Assembly (NCBI RefSeq): GCF_963921235.1
Contig: NC_086097.1
Span: forward strand, 30,320,001-30,384,000
Direction: 5' to 3'
DNA from: Mobula hypostoma
Lineage: Eukaryota
Length of the DNA: 64,000 nt
Of this stretch, positions 49,094 to 62,857 are shown in pieces. How positions within the stretch are numbered: the first letter of the stretch is position 1; each line of letters begins with the position of its first letter. The notes beneath the pieces were generated by a model, which saw nothing but the letters and a program-made list of their open reading frames with translations, was not told where the DNA came from and made no database searches. Position numbers and translations under genes: made by a program.

Positions 49094-50757
49094 AACAACA
49101 AATATCCTGATTCTGAATCAGACTTTGGTGACTATCCTGTGGTGATATCATCCATACCTTCCAGATTATCAGTGGTCATTCCACAGGACAGAGATATCGG
49201 AATCAGAATCCGGTTTATTAGATTGTATACAATATTACAAGGGGTATAAATATGGCTTATGCAAGGAGGCTTTTTCCACTGAGGTTGGATGAAGCTAGAA
49301 CTAGAGGTCGTAGGTTAAGGGTGAAAGGTGAAGTCACTCAGAGGGTGGTGAGAGTGTGGAACGAGCTGCCAGTAGAAGTAGTGGATGCAGTTTGAGAAGT
49401 TTGGGGAAGTACATGGATGGGAGGGGAATGGGGGGGCGGGGTGGTAAGCTATGGTCCGTGCAGGTTGGTGGGAGTAGGCAGAACAGATTCTTGGTCAGGG
49501 CATGAAGGGATATAGAGAGAAGGTAAGAGATTGGGGCTGAGAGGAAAATTGGATCAGCCATGATGAAATGGCAGAGCAGACTCGATGGCCCAAATGGCCT
49601 AATTCTGTTCCTATGACTTATGGTCTAATAAATATTTGGCATTGGCTAAATTGGCCACAGGGCCTGTTTCTGCGCTGTAGCATTTAGTGACTCTATATCG
49701 TGAAATTAGTTGTTTCGTGGCAGCAATACAGTAAAATTACCATGTTACAATGAAAATATTTAGAAAGTAAATATGTCAAAACAGAGAAAATCATTCAGAA
49801 ATCTAATGGCAGAGGGGAAGAAGCTGATCCTAAAATACTGAACGTACCTGCTCCCTGATAGTGAGAAGAGGGCATGTACCAGATGGTGAAAGCCGTAATG
49901 ATGGATGTCATCTTCTTGATACGTCGCCTTTTGAAGATGTTCTCAATGGTGGGGAGACGAGTACCCAAGGTGGCCAGGCTTTGGGCCATTACCGGTACCT
50001 GAGGAAAAGAAGGAGGATAGAGACTAGCTGGTCCATTGAGGTCTGAGTCAGAGCCTTAGAAAAATTCACAACATCTTGACTTAACGGTTGCCCACCTCTC
50101 CGCAAAAACCTATAACTCACCCGCATCCAGTGCCCTGAGGGCATGTCTAAACCATGGCAGTGCCAGCTATGACTCAGACACAGAGTTGTGGGTGATCTCT
50201 CTGTACGTCAACACATGCAACAAGTGACTGAGAGTTTCACACAAGGCAGAACAAACTGTGCCTATCTTGGTCTGCCAAGAGGCTCGTTCTTTGCTTCATT
50301 ACATAGCTCCCTCTCCAGTAGGGGTATCAAAAGCAAGAGGGTGTAGGATTATGGTGAGAGGAAGGAGTTTTAGAATATAGAATATAGAAGAGTATAGCAG
50401 AATACAATCTCTTTGGCCCACGATTTTGTGCTGACCTTCTAACTCACTCCAACATCAATCTAACTCTTCCCTCCTACATAGCTCTCCATTTTTATCATCC
50501 GCGTGCCTACCTAAGATTCTTTTAAGTGTCCCTAATGTACCTGACTCTCAAAGGGGATTTTTTACATAGAGAGTAGTTATGTATCTGCCTGAGGAGGAGA
50601 TGCAATAAACATTTTGGATGTAGAGCACATAATGAACAAGACAGGAACAGGCCCCTTGGCCATGATGTTACACTGAACGGATCAGGCTAATGATACCTAA
50701 TTGCTTCTGTCCAGACCTGGTGGTACCTGCGTATTCCTCTAATCCAGGCAGCGTCCA

Positions 50758-51120
50758 TGTGAACATAGTGAGCTCTGCGGGTCTGTGTGGGGAGCCAGAG
50801 AGTACTGCACTCCAAGGTTTCTAGTGCACCTGAATTTATTAACTGCTGCTTTAATAAGAGTCCTTAATCCCTGGTGTTTTCTGTTTAATCTTGTAAAGTT
50901 TACCTTGACTGGCATGAGTTTCCCTTGTTCTGTGGCTATTTAAGTGGACGCCCGATTAGCACCTATCGCGGGGTCCTAGCTTTGAGAATGTTACATGTCG
51001 TGGTGATGCTCGGCCAAGCCATCAATGTTTTGTTGGAACTCTTAGAAATAAACTCTGGTCGCCATCTCTATATGGGAGTCTCTTTCCTCTGCACTTGGGT
51101 TCAGTCAATTTCACATGACA
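50758..51120 (+). mobile_element. Probable solo LTR inserted in a CR1 fragment
   Basis: TGT...ACA ends; GCTATTTAAG at about 50935; AATAAA at about 51047; GCACTTGGGTTC near the 3' end. Flanks rejoin as CR1 (aatccaggcagcgtcc / ggtgaacctc). Confidence 0.6.
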
Positions 51121-54100
51121 GGTGAACCTCTTCTGCAGCCACGCCAAAGCCTCCTCATCCTTCCTGCAACTGTGTAAGTAGAATTGAATACAATCGTCCA
51201 CATGCAGCCTCACCAGAGGCTTTATAAAGTTACAGCATAACTTCTTGACTCTTGAACCCAATGTCTCAACTAAGGAAGGCAAGCCATATGTCATGTTTAT
51301 CACCATATCGAGCTGTGCAACCATGCTATGGCTTTGGACTCCAAGATCACTCTGTACATCAACACTGTTAAGGGCCTGCTATTAATTGTGTACTATCCCT
51401 TTACATTGACCACCCAAGGGGCAACACCTCACACTTGCCCAGATTATTCAATTGAATTGAAGTGACTTTATTTCTTGCAACCTTCACATACATGAGGAGT
51501 AAAATTGTTCACGTTACGTTTCTATCTGAATGTGCAATTTATAGTCATTTGTAATAAATAGTATGTACAACAGGACTGTCAATATAATATAGAAATACAA
51601 TTGCATCAGCATGAGTTAATCAGTCTGACGGCCTGGTGGAAGAGGCTGTCCTGGAGCCTGTCAGCCCTGGCTTTAATGCTGCGGTACTGTTTCCCGGATG
51701 GTAGCAGCTAGAACAGTTTGTAGTTTGGGGTGACTCGGATCCCCAATGATTACTTGGCCCCTTTTAACACACCTGTCTCTGTAAATGTCCTGAATAGTGG
51801 GAAGTTTACATCTATAGATTAAACTCCCATCTGTCACTTCTCTGCCCATATCTCATACTGTTCCATATCTCACTGTACCCTTCGACAATCTTCTACACTC
51901 AGAGGCTTTTCTGTTAATGCTGAAGTAGGCAAGGCTTAGAAGGATGCAGTCTTAATGTGGACAAATGAAACTAAATGAAGAGCAAAGAAGGGTCAGGATG
52001 GAGATATTGGGCCGAATGGCCTGTTCCTGCTCAGTACGTTGTTATGAACCCTGAAACTCAGTCCTGTGCAAGCTCCATGTCTGATATTGATTTGGTTTAT
52101 TATTGTGACATGTACCACGATACGGAGACAATCTTGTATTTATACAGATCAAATTATTACCCAGTGCACTGAGGCAGATCAAGGTAAAAGAGTAACAGGA
52201 TGCAATGTAAAGTGTTACAGTGACAGAGCAAGTGCAGTGCAGGTGGACAATAAGTTGCAAGGTCATAATGAAGTAGATTGTGAGGTCAAGAGATGATCTT
52301 ATTTAACTAGGAGACCATTCGATAGTCTTAGAACCGTGGGCTAGGGTTGGCCTTCAGTCAGGTAGTGTGCACTTTCTGGCTTTTTCACTTTCTGCCTGGT
52401 GACCTGGGGAGAACAGGGAAATGCCCAGGGTGGGTGGCAACTTTTTTTTCAGAGGCAGCGAGAATTGTCGACAGAGCCCATAGGGTGAGGTTGGTTTCGG
52501 TGATCACCTTTTCAGTGTTCACCCACAACTCTCTGCAGTTTCTCATGGTCACAGGCAGACCAATTTCCATCACAAGCTGTGATCGATCTAAAGCCCAGTG
52601 ACGGAGGTGAGAGCAAGGCCAAGAAAGCTCGCTAACACCACTACTGCTTCATAAAGCTGAAGAAATCCGGCACTTTCCCCATGAGCTCTTAACATAGACA
52701 GAAAGAATTCTGCCTGGAAGCTCAGCGGCTTGGTACCGCAACTGTTCTGTGTGTGACCACGAGAAACTGCAGAGAGTTGGGGACACAGCTCAGCACATCA
52801 CAGAAACCAGCTTCCCCTCCATGAACTCTGTCTATACTTCTCATTGCCTCATAAAGCAGGCAGCCCAATCAAAGACCCCACCTACCCCAGACATTCTCTC
52901 TTCTCCCTTCTCCCATCAGAGAGAGAGAGTTGTGGTCACAGCTCAGCACGTGACAGAAACCAGACTCCCTTCTATGGATTCTGCCTCAGTAAAGCAGTCA
53001 GCGTAATCAAAGTCCTGACTGTCCCAAGCATTCCCTTTTCTTTCCCTTCCCATTGAGCAGACAATACAAAAAGCCTGAATGCACCCACCACCAGGCCCAA
53101 GGATAGCTCCTAGCCCACTGTTATCAGACCCTTGAATGGACCCCAAGGTAACATAAGATGGTCTCGACCTCACGATCTATCTTTTTACTGTGTCTCAGTA
53201 TGTGTGACAACAGTAAGTGAATTCTAATTCTATCCCACTATTGTAAGACTATTGAATGGTTTCCTACCTGACCTCACAATCTACGTTACGATCTTGCACT
53301 TCATTATTTATCTGCTCTGCGCTCAATGGGCATATTTATACTTCGTTACCAGTTTACTGAGTGCTACCTCAATGCACCTTGTCATGATTTGAACAGTGTG
53401 AACAGTATGCGAGATAAACTTTTCACTGTGTCTTGGTACATATAACAATAATAATACAATTCCAGGCGTTGACCCTGGGAATTAGGGCTCCTTCCACTCC
53501 TCTGCCAGTGGCTCCAGTGAGAGGCAGGCCCCTGCTGGCATGGGTTCTGCAGATCCCTCAGGTGCAGGTCCATGCAACGAGCTCGAGCAGGTCTGAGAAT
53601 CACTAATGTTGCAGCACAATGTGGAAACTGAACTCAACCGCGCTTGCACAGCTCAGCAGTAGAGATAGAAGTAAGGTGACTTGGTGGTTACATGTTCAAG
53701 TTCATTGTCATCTAACCATACATATATACAACCAAACAAAACAGCATTCATCCAGATCATGGTGCACCCACACAACATATATCACACACAGCTCATAAAC
53801 CAATATATTATACTATAAATACATTAATAATTTATAATGCATGTAGTAAAGCACAGCATAGGTAAACAGTACAGTCAACAGCTTGCTGTCCTAGTGACGA
53901 GACCTCAGTGGCATCAGGGTATTCATTAGTCTGACAGCCCGAGGGAAGAAGCAGTGTTAGTCCCGATGTTTCTGTACCTCCTTCCTGACGGCAGGGGGTC
54001 AAAGAGATTGTGGGAGGGACCCTCAGCAATGCTTTGGGCCCTACGTCCACAACAGTCCCAGTAAATGACACCGACGATTCTCTCGGCAGTTCTTACTGTC

Positions 54101-54283
54101 CTCTGCAGGGTTTTGAGGTCCAAAGCCTTGCAGCTTCTGTAGCACACAATCACGCAGCCAGACAGACACTCTCAGTGGTGGAAAGATGTTAAAATTGGGT
54201 CAGAGAGCCTTGTAAGCCTCAATCTCCTCTGAAAGTTCCTGTGCCTTCTTGTCTAATGAGGAAGTGTGCATCCAGGTCAGATC

Positions 54284-55965
54284 AATAGACAATAGACAAT
54301 AGGTGCAGGAGTAGGCCATTCAGCCCTTTGAGCCAGCACCACCATTCACTGTGATCACGGCTGATCAACCACTGTCAGTATCCAGTTCCTGCCTTATCCC
54401 CATAACCTTTGATTCCGCTATCTTTAAGAGCTCTATCCATCTCTTTTTTTGAAAGCATCCAGAGACTTGGCCTCCACTGCCTTCTGGGGCAGAGCATTCC
54501 ATTTATCCACCACCCTCTGGGTGAAAAAGTTTTTCCTCAACTCCGTTCTAAACCCCTAATTCTTAAACTGTGGCCTCTGGTTCTGGACTCACCCATCAGC
54601 GGGAACGTGCTTCCTGCCTGCAGCGTGTCCAATCCCTTAATAATCTTATATGTTTCAATCAGATCCCCTCTCAGCCTTCTAAATTCCAGAGTATACAAGC
54701 CCAGTCGCTCCAATCTTTCGACATATGACAGTCCCGCCATCCTGGGAATTAACCTTGTGAACCTACGCTGCACTCCCTCAATAGCAAGAATGTCCTTCCT
54801 CAAATTTGGAGACCAAAACTGCACACAGTACTCCAGGTGTGGTCTCACCAGGGCCCTGTACAGCTGCAGAAGGACCTCTTTGCTCTTATACTCAATTCCC
54901 CTTTTTATGAAGGCCAGCATGCCATTAGCTTTCTTCACTGCCTGCTGTACCTGCATCCTTGCTTTCAGTGACTGATGTACAAGAACACCTAGATCTCGTT
55001 GTGCTTCCCCTTTTCCTAACTTGACTCCATTTAGATAATAATCTGCCTTCCTGTTCTTACCACCAAAGTGGATAACCTCACATTTATCCACATTAAACTG
55101 CATCTGCCATGCATCTGCCCACTCACCCAGCCTGTCCAAGTCACCCTGCATTCTCATAACATCCTCCTCACATTTCACACTGCCTCCCAGCTTTATGTCA
55201 TCGGCAAATTTGCTAATGTTACTTTTAATTCCCTCATCTAAATCATTAAAATATATTGTAAACAGCTGCGGTCCCAACACTGAACCCTGCGGTACCCCAC
55301 TGGTCACCGCCTGCCATTCCGAAAGGGACCCATTAATCGCTACTCTTTGTTTTCTGTCAGCCAGCCAATTTTCAATCCATGTCAGTACTCTGCCTCCAAT
55401 ACCATGTGCCCTAATTTTGCCCACTAATCTCCTATGTGGGACTTTATCAAAGGCTTTCTGAAAGTCCAGGTACACTACATCCACTGGCTCTCCCTTGTCC
55501 ATTTTCATAGTTACATCCTCAAAAAATTCCAGAAGATTAGTCAAGCACGATTTCCCCTTCATAAGTCCATGCTGACTCAGACCAATCCTGTTACTGCTAT
55601 CTAGATGTGTCGTAATTTCATCTTTTATAATTGACTCCAGCATCTTTCCCACCACCGACGTCAGGCTAACCGGTCTGTAATTCCCTGTTTTCTCTCTTCC
55701 TCCCTTCTTGAAGAGAGGGACAACATTAGCCACCCTCCAATCCACAGGAACTGATCCTGAATCTATAGAACATTGGAAAATGATTACCAATATGTCCACG
55801 ATTTCGAAAGCCACCTCCTTAAGTTCCCTGGGATGCAGACCATCAGGTCCCGGGAACCTATCAGCCTTCAGACCCAACAGTCTTTCCAACACCATTTCCT
55901 GCCTAATATAAATTTCCTTCAGTTCATCCATTACCCTAGGTCCTTTGGCCACTATTATATCTGGA
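54284..55965 (-). mobile_element. Young 5'-truncated CR1 LINE
   Basis: (TCTATTG)n tail; flanking AGATC at 54279-54283 and 55966-55970. Confidence 0.93.
54537..55965 (-). CDS. Uninterrupted CR1 ORF2 reverse-transcriptase segment (no endonuclease or native start; not a host gene)
   Basis: Part of the 481-aa ORF with NYRPVSLTSVVGK, YLDFQKAFDKVPH, GVPQGSVLGP, KFADD. Confidence 0.85.
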
Positions 55966-56671
55966 AGATCGTTTGTGATCAAGGAATCTTCTGCTCTTCA
56001 CTCTCTCCACACAGAGCCATTGATGTGCAATGGAGAGAGGTCAACCTGTGCCTTCCTGAAGTCCACAATCGTCACTTTGTCTTGTCCACACAGAGACTCA
56101 GCTTGTTGTTCTCATACCATCTGACAAGCCTCGCTACCTCCTCTCTGTTTGCTGACTTATCATTGTTGCTGATGAGGCCAGCCACTGTTGTATCATTGGT
56201 GAAAATGATGATCGGGTTGAGTAAATCTGGCTGTGTAGTGGTGGGTCATCAGCAGACTGTGCACACGACCCCGGGGGTTGCCAGTGCTCAGTCTGATGGA
56301 GTTTGAGATGTTGCTGCCAACTCGGATGGATGGGGGTCTTTCCATCAACAAGTCCTGGATCCAGTGACAGAGCAGGATGTTGAGTCCCATCAAGGATACA
56401 TTACCCACCAGCTCTGAGGGATGATCGTGCTAAATGCCAAGCTGAAATCAATGAACAACAGCCTGGCAGACGAGACTGGCATACTCTCTGGGTGGAGCAG
56501 GACGGAGTGGAGGGCGCGGCTATTGCGTTATCAGTGGGCCAGTCTGAGCGGTAGCTGAACTGGAAAGGGTCCAAGGTAACTGGAAGGAGGGATTTTATAC
56601 GATCCGTTACCAGCTGCTCAAAGCACTTCATGATTGTTGAAGTAAGTGTAAATGGGCAGCAACAATTTAGG

Positions 56672-57030
56672 CCAGTTACCATTGCCACCTACCTACAGGA
56701 AAAATGTAAGCAGGGTTGAAAGAGTGCAGAGAAAATTTACAAGGATGTTTCCTGGGTTGGAGGACCTGAGTTATAAGGAAAGATTGAAAAGGTTAGGACT
56801 GTTTTCTTCAGAACTTAGAAGATTGAGAGGAGATTTGATAGAGGTATACAAAATCATGAGGGTATAGACAGGGTAAATGCCAGCAGGCTTTTTCCACTGA
56901 GGTTGGGTGGGACTACATCCAGAGGTAGAAAGGTTAAGGGGAAAAGGTGAGAAGATTAAGGGGAACATGAGGGGAAACTTCTTCACTCAGAGGGTTGAGA
57001 GAATGTGGAACGAACTGCCAGCACAAGTGC
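56672..57030 (+). mobile_element. CR1 3' fragment
   Basis: VERVQRKFTRMFPGL..RRLRGDLIEVYKIM. Confidence 0.85.
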
Positions 57031-59970
57031 AATCCCTAAATATTGCACAAACCTCTGCAGTCAGCCATGGTTTCCGGTTTGCTCTGGCAGTGTAGTGTTT
57101 AACCACAATAATGCCCTCTATGCACTTTCCTGTGTGGCCAGTCACCGATCCCGAATATTCATCACGTTGATGTGATGACTGTAGGTAGTTGCCTCCCTGA
57201 ATATGCTCCTGTCCGTGCTTTCGTAACAGTCCTATAACACTAAGGTGGCACCTTCTGGCCGGGTCCTGATCTCTTTGTGAATTGGTTTCACTCGTTTAGC
57301 CAGCGATCTGTACGCAGAGATTAGCAAAATGGATATGTAGTCTAAACATCCCAGGTGAGGGCAGGGGATAGCCTTGCAGGCTCCACGAACGTTGATATAA
57401 ACCAGGTCAAATACATACCCTTCTCTGGTTGTGAAGTTGACATGCTGGCAGAATTTTGGCAGGACTGTCTTTAAGTTGGTATGATTGCAGCCACCAGCAA
57501 CATCGAAGACACCGCTGGGGCAAGGGGCTTCGAGGTTGCGGATGGCACATAGAGATCGTGCAGCGCTTCCCCAACACTAGCTTGGGGGGGAGATAAACAG
57601 CAACAATCACAATGGCAGTGAACTCCCTCGGTAAGTAGAAGGGCCTGCACTTCACTGTGTAAAACTCTCTCTGCAGTGAGCAGTGGGCCATTACTACCGA
57701 GGCATTCACATACCAGTTGTTATTGATGTAGTTACTCAGATTTCCTCCACGGGTCTGGCCAGAGGTTGCAGCATTTTTGTTTGCCCGAAAGGAGACTGGG
57801 CCTTCTAACTGGATGGCCGAGGCCGGAACAGGGTCTGGAAGCCACCTTCTTGTCAGGATGAGTGTGCAACAGTCCCTCACCTCCCATTGGTTCAGACGCA
57901 GGCACAGGCCCAATTACCCAACTGCTGCCATCTCTCGGTCCACGAGAGGCAGAGGGTGCTGCAGTTCTTTGACTGCATGAGGCAGTATTTCCCCCCTGCA
58001 GGCCTGGAGCATGGTACACAAGCCCCACAGGTGCTGCCACAGCGCTCCTAAGTAAACTGGTAAGTCGATCTCTTATTCTTACATGTATCAAGGTGCGATG
58101 AGAAACGCGCCTCACGAGTTCACATAGATTTAGTCCTTTACCATCCAGTCACCTTAAAACTACATCTGTCTTAGCACAAAGTAAGGGATACAACTTCAAG
58201 ATGAATGAAGAGAAGTATGGGAGGATGTAGAGGTAAGAATGAGAGTGGAATGCCCTGCCAAGGTGGAAGGGGCAGATACATTAGGGGCATTTATGAAAAT
58301 CTAAAGATAGTCACATGGATGATAGAAAAGTGGAGGATTACATGGGATGAAATTGATCTTGGAGTAGATTAAAATGTTGGCACAACATCGTGGGACGAAA
58401 GCCCTGTACCTTGCTGTAATGTTCTATGTTCTATTATATGTCTTGCATACTGTTCATACAGATCAATTCATTACAACAGTGCATTGAGGTAGAAGAAGAG
58501 AAAACAATAGCAGAATGCAGAATAAAGCGGAACATTCACAGAGGAAATGCAGTACAGGCAGATAATCAGGTGCAAGGTCAAAACGAGACCTTATTAGACT
58601 AGGGAGTCATTCAATAGTCATAACAGCAGGATAGAAGTTGTCCTTGAGCCTGGTGGTATGAGCTTCAGGCTTTTTTTTTCTGCCCAGTGGGAGAGAGGAG
58701 GAGAGAGAATGTCTAGGATGAGTGGGGTCTTTCATTCTGCTGGCTGCTTCACTGAGGCAGTGAGAAGTGTAGGCAGAGTCCATGGAGGGGAGGCTGGTTT
58801 CCGTGATGTGCTGAGCTGTGTCCACAACTTTCCGCCTGACGGGAGAGGGGAAAAAAGACAATGGCCAGGTGAGTGGAGTCTTTGATTATACTTCACCGAA
58901 CCAGCGAGAAATGTAGGCAGATTCCACGGAAGGAAGTCTAGCTTCCTAAACTGTCCCAAGAAGTTATGTTCACCATTCCCAAACTTCTCCTCCACTTCCC
59001 CGGCATTAATCTGGATAGGATTAGAACTGAAATTTGTTTATTATTGTCTCATGTACCAAGGTTGAGTGAAAGACTTGTCTTGCATACTGTTCACAAAGAT
59101 CAGAACATTACATTGTATTTCGAGATAGCACAAACAGAATGTAGAATGAAGCGTCACAGTTAGAAAATAGAACAGTACAGCAGTGCACAAATAGAGGCAT
59201 CTTGCTCCAGTTCTAACGAGCCCCGGTGAGATGGCACCAAGTTTGGTCTCCCTGCCTCAGGAAGGAGATACGTGTGATAGAGAGGGAGCCAAAAAGATGT
59301 AGCAACCCGGGATGAAAGGTTTGTCTTCTGAGGAGCAGGCTGGCCCTTCATCCATTTGCACATAAAACTGAGAGGTGATCTCATTGAACCTTGTAGTCAC
59401 AGAGTCATACCTAATGCAGGAATGACCTTAGAGTCATACCTAATACAGGAGTGAGATCGATCGGCTAGTCGAGTTATGTCACAACAACAACCTTGCACTC
59501 AATGTCAGTAAGACCGAGGAGTTGATTGTGGATTTCAGGAAGGGGAAGTCAAGTCCTCATTGAGGGATCCACAGTGGAAAGAGTAAAGACCTCAGCAGAC
59601 CTTAGCAAACCTCAGTAGAACTCTGCAAATACATAAATTAATAGATAGATAGATAGATAGGCAGATAAATAAATAGACAGACAGATAATACTACGAACTA
59701 TTTGTAGAGTCCTTGGAAGTAAGTCCTTAGGTTGTAGAATCAGTTTAGTGCTGACTTGAGTGAAGTTATCCACACTAATTCGGAGCCTGATGGTTGAAGG
59801 GTAACAACTGTTCCTGAACCTGGTAGTGTGGGACGTGAGGCTCCTGTACCCCCTGCCCAATGGCAGCAGTGAGGAGAGAGCTTGTCCTGGATGGTGGGGG
59901 TCCTTGATGATGGAAGCTGTTTTCTTGTGGGAGCACTCCTATACACACTATATACACTCACTCCTATATA

Positions 59971-60490
59971 CACTCGGTGGCCACTTTATTAGGTTCACCT
60001 GTACACCTGCTCATTAACGCAAAGGTATAATCAGCCAATCATGTGGCAGCAACTCAATGCATAAAAGCATGCAAACATGGTCAAGAGGTTTGGTTGTTGT
60101 TCAGGCAAAACGTCAGAATGGGGAAGAAATATGATCTATGTGACTTTGACTATGGAATGATTGCTGGTGCCAGACGGGGTGGTTTGAGTATCTCAGAAAC
60201 TGCTGATCTCCTGGAATTTTCACGCACAACAGTCACTGGAGTTTACAGCAATTGGTGTGATAAACAAAAAACATCCGGTGAGTGGCAGTTCTGTGGGCGA
60301 AAACATCTTGTTTATATGAGAAGTGAGAGGAGAATGGCCAGACCGGTTTAATCTACAGGAAGGCAATAGTTAATCATATATCCACACATTACAACAGAGG
60401 TATACAGAAGAGTATCACTGAATGCATAACATATTGAACTTTGAAGTGGATGGGCTACAGCAGGAGAAGACCACAAGCATACACTGAGGC
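59971..60490 (+). mobile_element. Tc1/mariner 5' fragment (TIR plus transposase N-terminal helix-turn-helix)
   Basis: TA then CACTCGGTGGCCACTTTATTAGGT; MGKKYDLCDFDYGMIAGARRGGLSISETADLLEFSRTTV. Confidence 0.85.
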
Positions 60491-61427
60491 AGGAGGCAGA
60501 TAATAATTGGCCACTCGGTGTATGTTATATATTCACAAACAAAAGCTTCCCAAGATTATTGAGAATGACAGGTGTGGAGAAAATGAGGAATTGAAAGAAA
60601 TTAGTTCAAGTATTAAAAGAAACAGTAAATGGCCAATTCAAGACTCATGCACCACACACAGTGATGTAAAAGTCTGCTTTGGAAATAAGTAAAGTACAGT
60701 TTGTCATCGACCATAGTTCTGTGGATAGTAAAACATTTCCCATGCACTGAAACTCAGCAGTTGTAACCTCATGATCTGAGGGAGGAAACAGAGAGCAAAG
60801 TGGGAACTATGTGTCAGATAGTCTGACATTATAACTGGTAAAGGCTCATTTACTATTAAGGAAGTAGCAATAGATCATCTAGAAATTCATTCTAGGCCAA
60901 GTCAGTATGAATTTATGACAGGAAGTTCATGCTTGACAAATCAATTGCAGGATATTTTAGTGAATAATTCTTAGTCTAAGTGAGAGGGCACTGGGCTGCT
61001 GTGATATATCAGGATGTTCAGAGGCTTGAGGTAAGATGTCGCCTTAGAGGCTACGAAACTTGAGTGCAGAGCACAGGAGTACAGTACTGATAATGACTGG
61101 GTGTGGAACGAGCAACAGAAACTTATACAATCAGTTTTACATGGGTTACTCAGGACAGTTGATGAAAAGGGTGTGCATATCATACAAATAATTGTAGACA
61201 TTAGGATCCTGATACATTAAGAATATTTTTTAAAATGTGAGGCCAAATGAAAGATCCTAGAGTAGATGATTCCGTTTATTGTGAGAGTAGCTGATTGTCT
61301 CTGAGGTACAATTAGAGTGTTGACAGTCCAGGTGGACCGAGGCCCAAAGGTAGCCTGTCCTGGGGTTGGAAGCCTATCTGTGTGTCTGAGTGGGTGGGTG
61401 GGAAAGGGGTTGGTTTTGCCGTTGCTG

Positions 61428-61735
61428 TTAAGATTAGACTGTCACATGCACATTAAAACATTAAAACATGCAGTGAAATGTGTCGTATGTTTCAACGGCC
61501 AACAGTCTGAGGACATGCTGGGGGCAGGCCGCAAATGTCGCCATGCTTCCAGTGCCAACATAGCATGCCCACAACTCACTAACCCTAACCCATCTGTCTT
61601 TGGAACATGGGAGGAAACCCACGTGGTCCTGCAGAAAAACGTGCGGACTCCTTCCAGACTGCAAGGGGAATAGAACCTGGGTCGCTGGTGCTGTAATAAC
61701 CTTACGCTAACCGCCGCACTACTGCGCTGCCCCGT
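61428..61735 (-). mobile_element. V-SINE-like element
   Basis: Head GGGCAGCGCAGTAGTGCGGCGGTTAGC, B-box-like GGTTCTATTCCC, V-domain remnant. Confidence 0.75.
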
Positions 61736-62039
61736 TTACAACCGTTGGCATTTCCAGAGGGATGCAGCTTGGAGGATGAGGACCACACCTTGCCCCCATC
61801 CTTCCACTGATCACTTAGTGCAGCGGCTGGGTGTCAGTGCCTTGGGAACTGGGTTAGCACCAGTGAGGATGGGGTGAGAAATGGCGGTATAAACATGGGA
61901 CTGTCAAGACAGTGGATAGAAGTTTTTAAACTTAGAAGAAGCACTAATAGGGCGGGCAGGCAAATGTTTTTCTCAGGATGGAGATGTCAAATACCAGAGG
62001 ACATAAGTTGAGATGGTGCTGTAACATTTGCTTACAAAC

Positions 62040-62450
62040 AGACCATTATACTGTTGGCATTTAGGGCAGCAATGAAGCTCCTCCATCTCTGGCGATGGTC
62101 AGGGCTTCCTTCATCATGTCAGTAGCCTCTTCTCGGTTTCCACTTCTGTCGGTCTTGCAACACCCAGGTGGAGACTCAGGAATACTGTCGCACTCAGATG
62201 TAGAAGAGTTCCTCACTGCATTTGCGTAACAGTTTTGTTTTACCAGTCGGAGTTGTTAGCCCTAAACCGAACCCCACAAATCTGAAGGACTGGTGGCCCA
62301 CTCTTAGTCCCGCCTTTACCCTTTGACCTGTTTAGCATGGATGACTCTATTAAGAGCCAAAGCATGAAGTCCTGACTCCAGTCAACGTAGCTCTCTGGGT
62401 CACTGAGGCACACAGGCCTCCAAACTATGATAAGGTTGAGGTCCTCTTGG
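62040..62450 (-). mobile_element. Bipartite non-autonomous RTE derivative (5' UTR fused to 3' end)
   Basis: Minus strand has RTE-like 5' motifs (GACCCAGAGAGCTACG..CAGGTCAAAGG..GGGCTAACAAC) and a 3' end reading RWRSFIAALNA. Confidence 0.6.
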
Positions 62451-62857
62451 AGTGGTGCTGTAATAGTGTTACACAAACAACTACCAACTACCAAGCCACC
62501 CGCTAATATCATGAATTTATTATTCTCCTTGCTAGCTTCCTCCATGACCCGGATCAACTTGTGTGCTTCAAGGACCCCACCAGGCGATGCCAACTCAGGG
62601 CCACCCACGTTGGAATGACTGTGGACAAGATGCCAGATGAAGATCGATCCAAGCCTGGCTCCTGAGTGGACAGACTAATGCCTGCCCCTCCCGGGCCACA
62701 CTTCACCGTGAATCAAGCCAAAGAATTAGCAGTGTGAAGCAAAAAACACCTGCCATACGACACAACAATTGCTAGCTTGAAAAGCGTCTGGAGAACCTGT
62801 CAGATTTCGATGTCATTTGTAAGCTGAGGAGCCCCCTGTTTAATAGATCCATGGTAA

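Larger units (their letters stand above)
53690..58130 (-). mobile_element. Long decayed Rex1/Babar LINE (endonuclease to 3' UTR) carrying two CR1 insertions
   Basis: VKCRPFYLPREFTAIVIVAVYLPP (endonuclease), LTSTIMKCFEQLV..LDPFQFSYR, LQRTVRTAERIVG. Confidence 0.82.

Noticed and set aside
53460..53680. Unassigned islands (also about 19920-20110, 22500-22690, 62600-62830) as possible exons
   Set aside because: No convincing paired splice signals or recognisable coding content; left unannotated.
59401..59454. 29-bp direct repeat (AGAGTCATACCTAAT...)
   Set aside because: Two copies only; a simple local tandem duplication with no further structure.
61665..61735. tRNA gene
   Set aside because: A/B-box-like head of a SINE; no complete cloverleaf or terminator seen.
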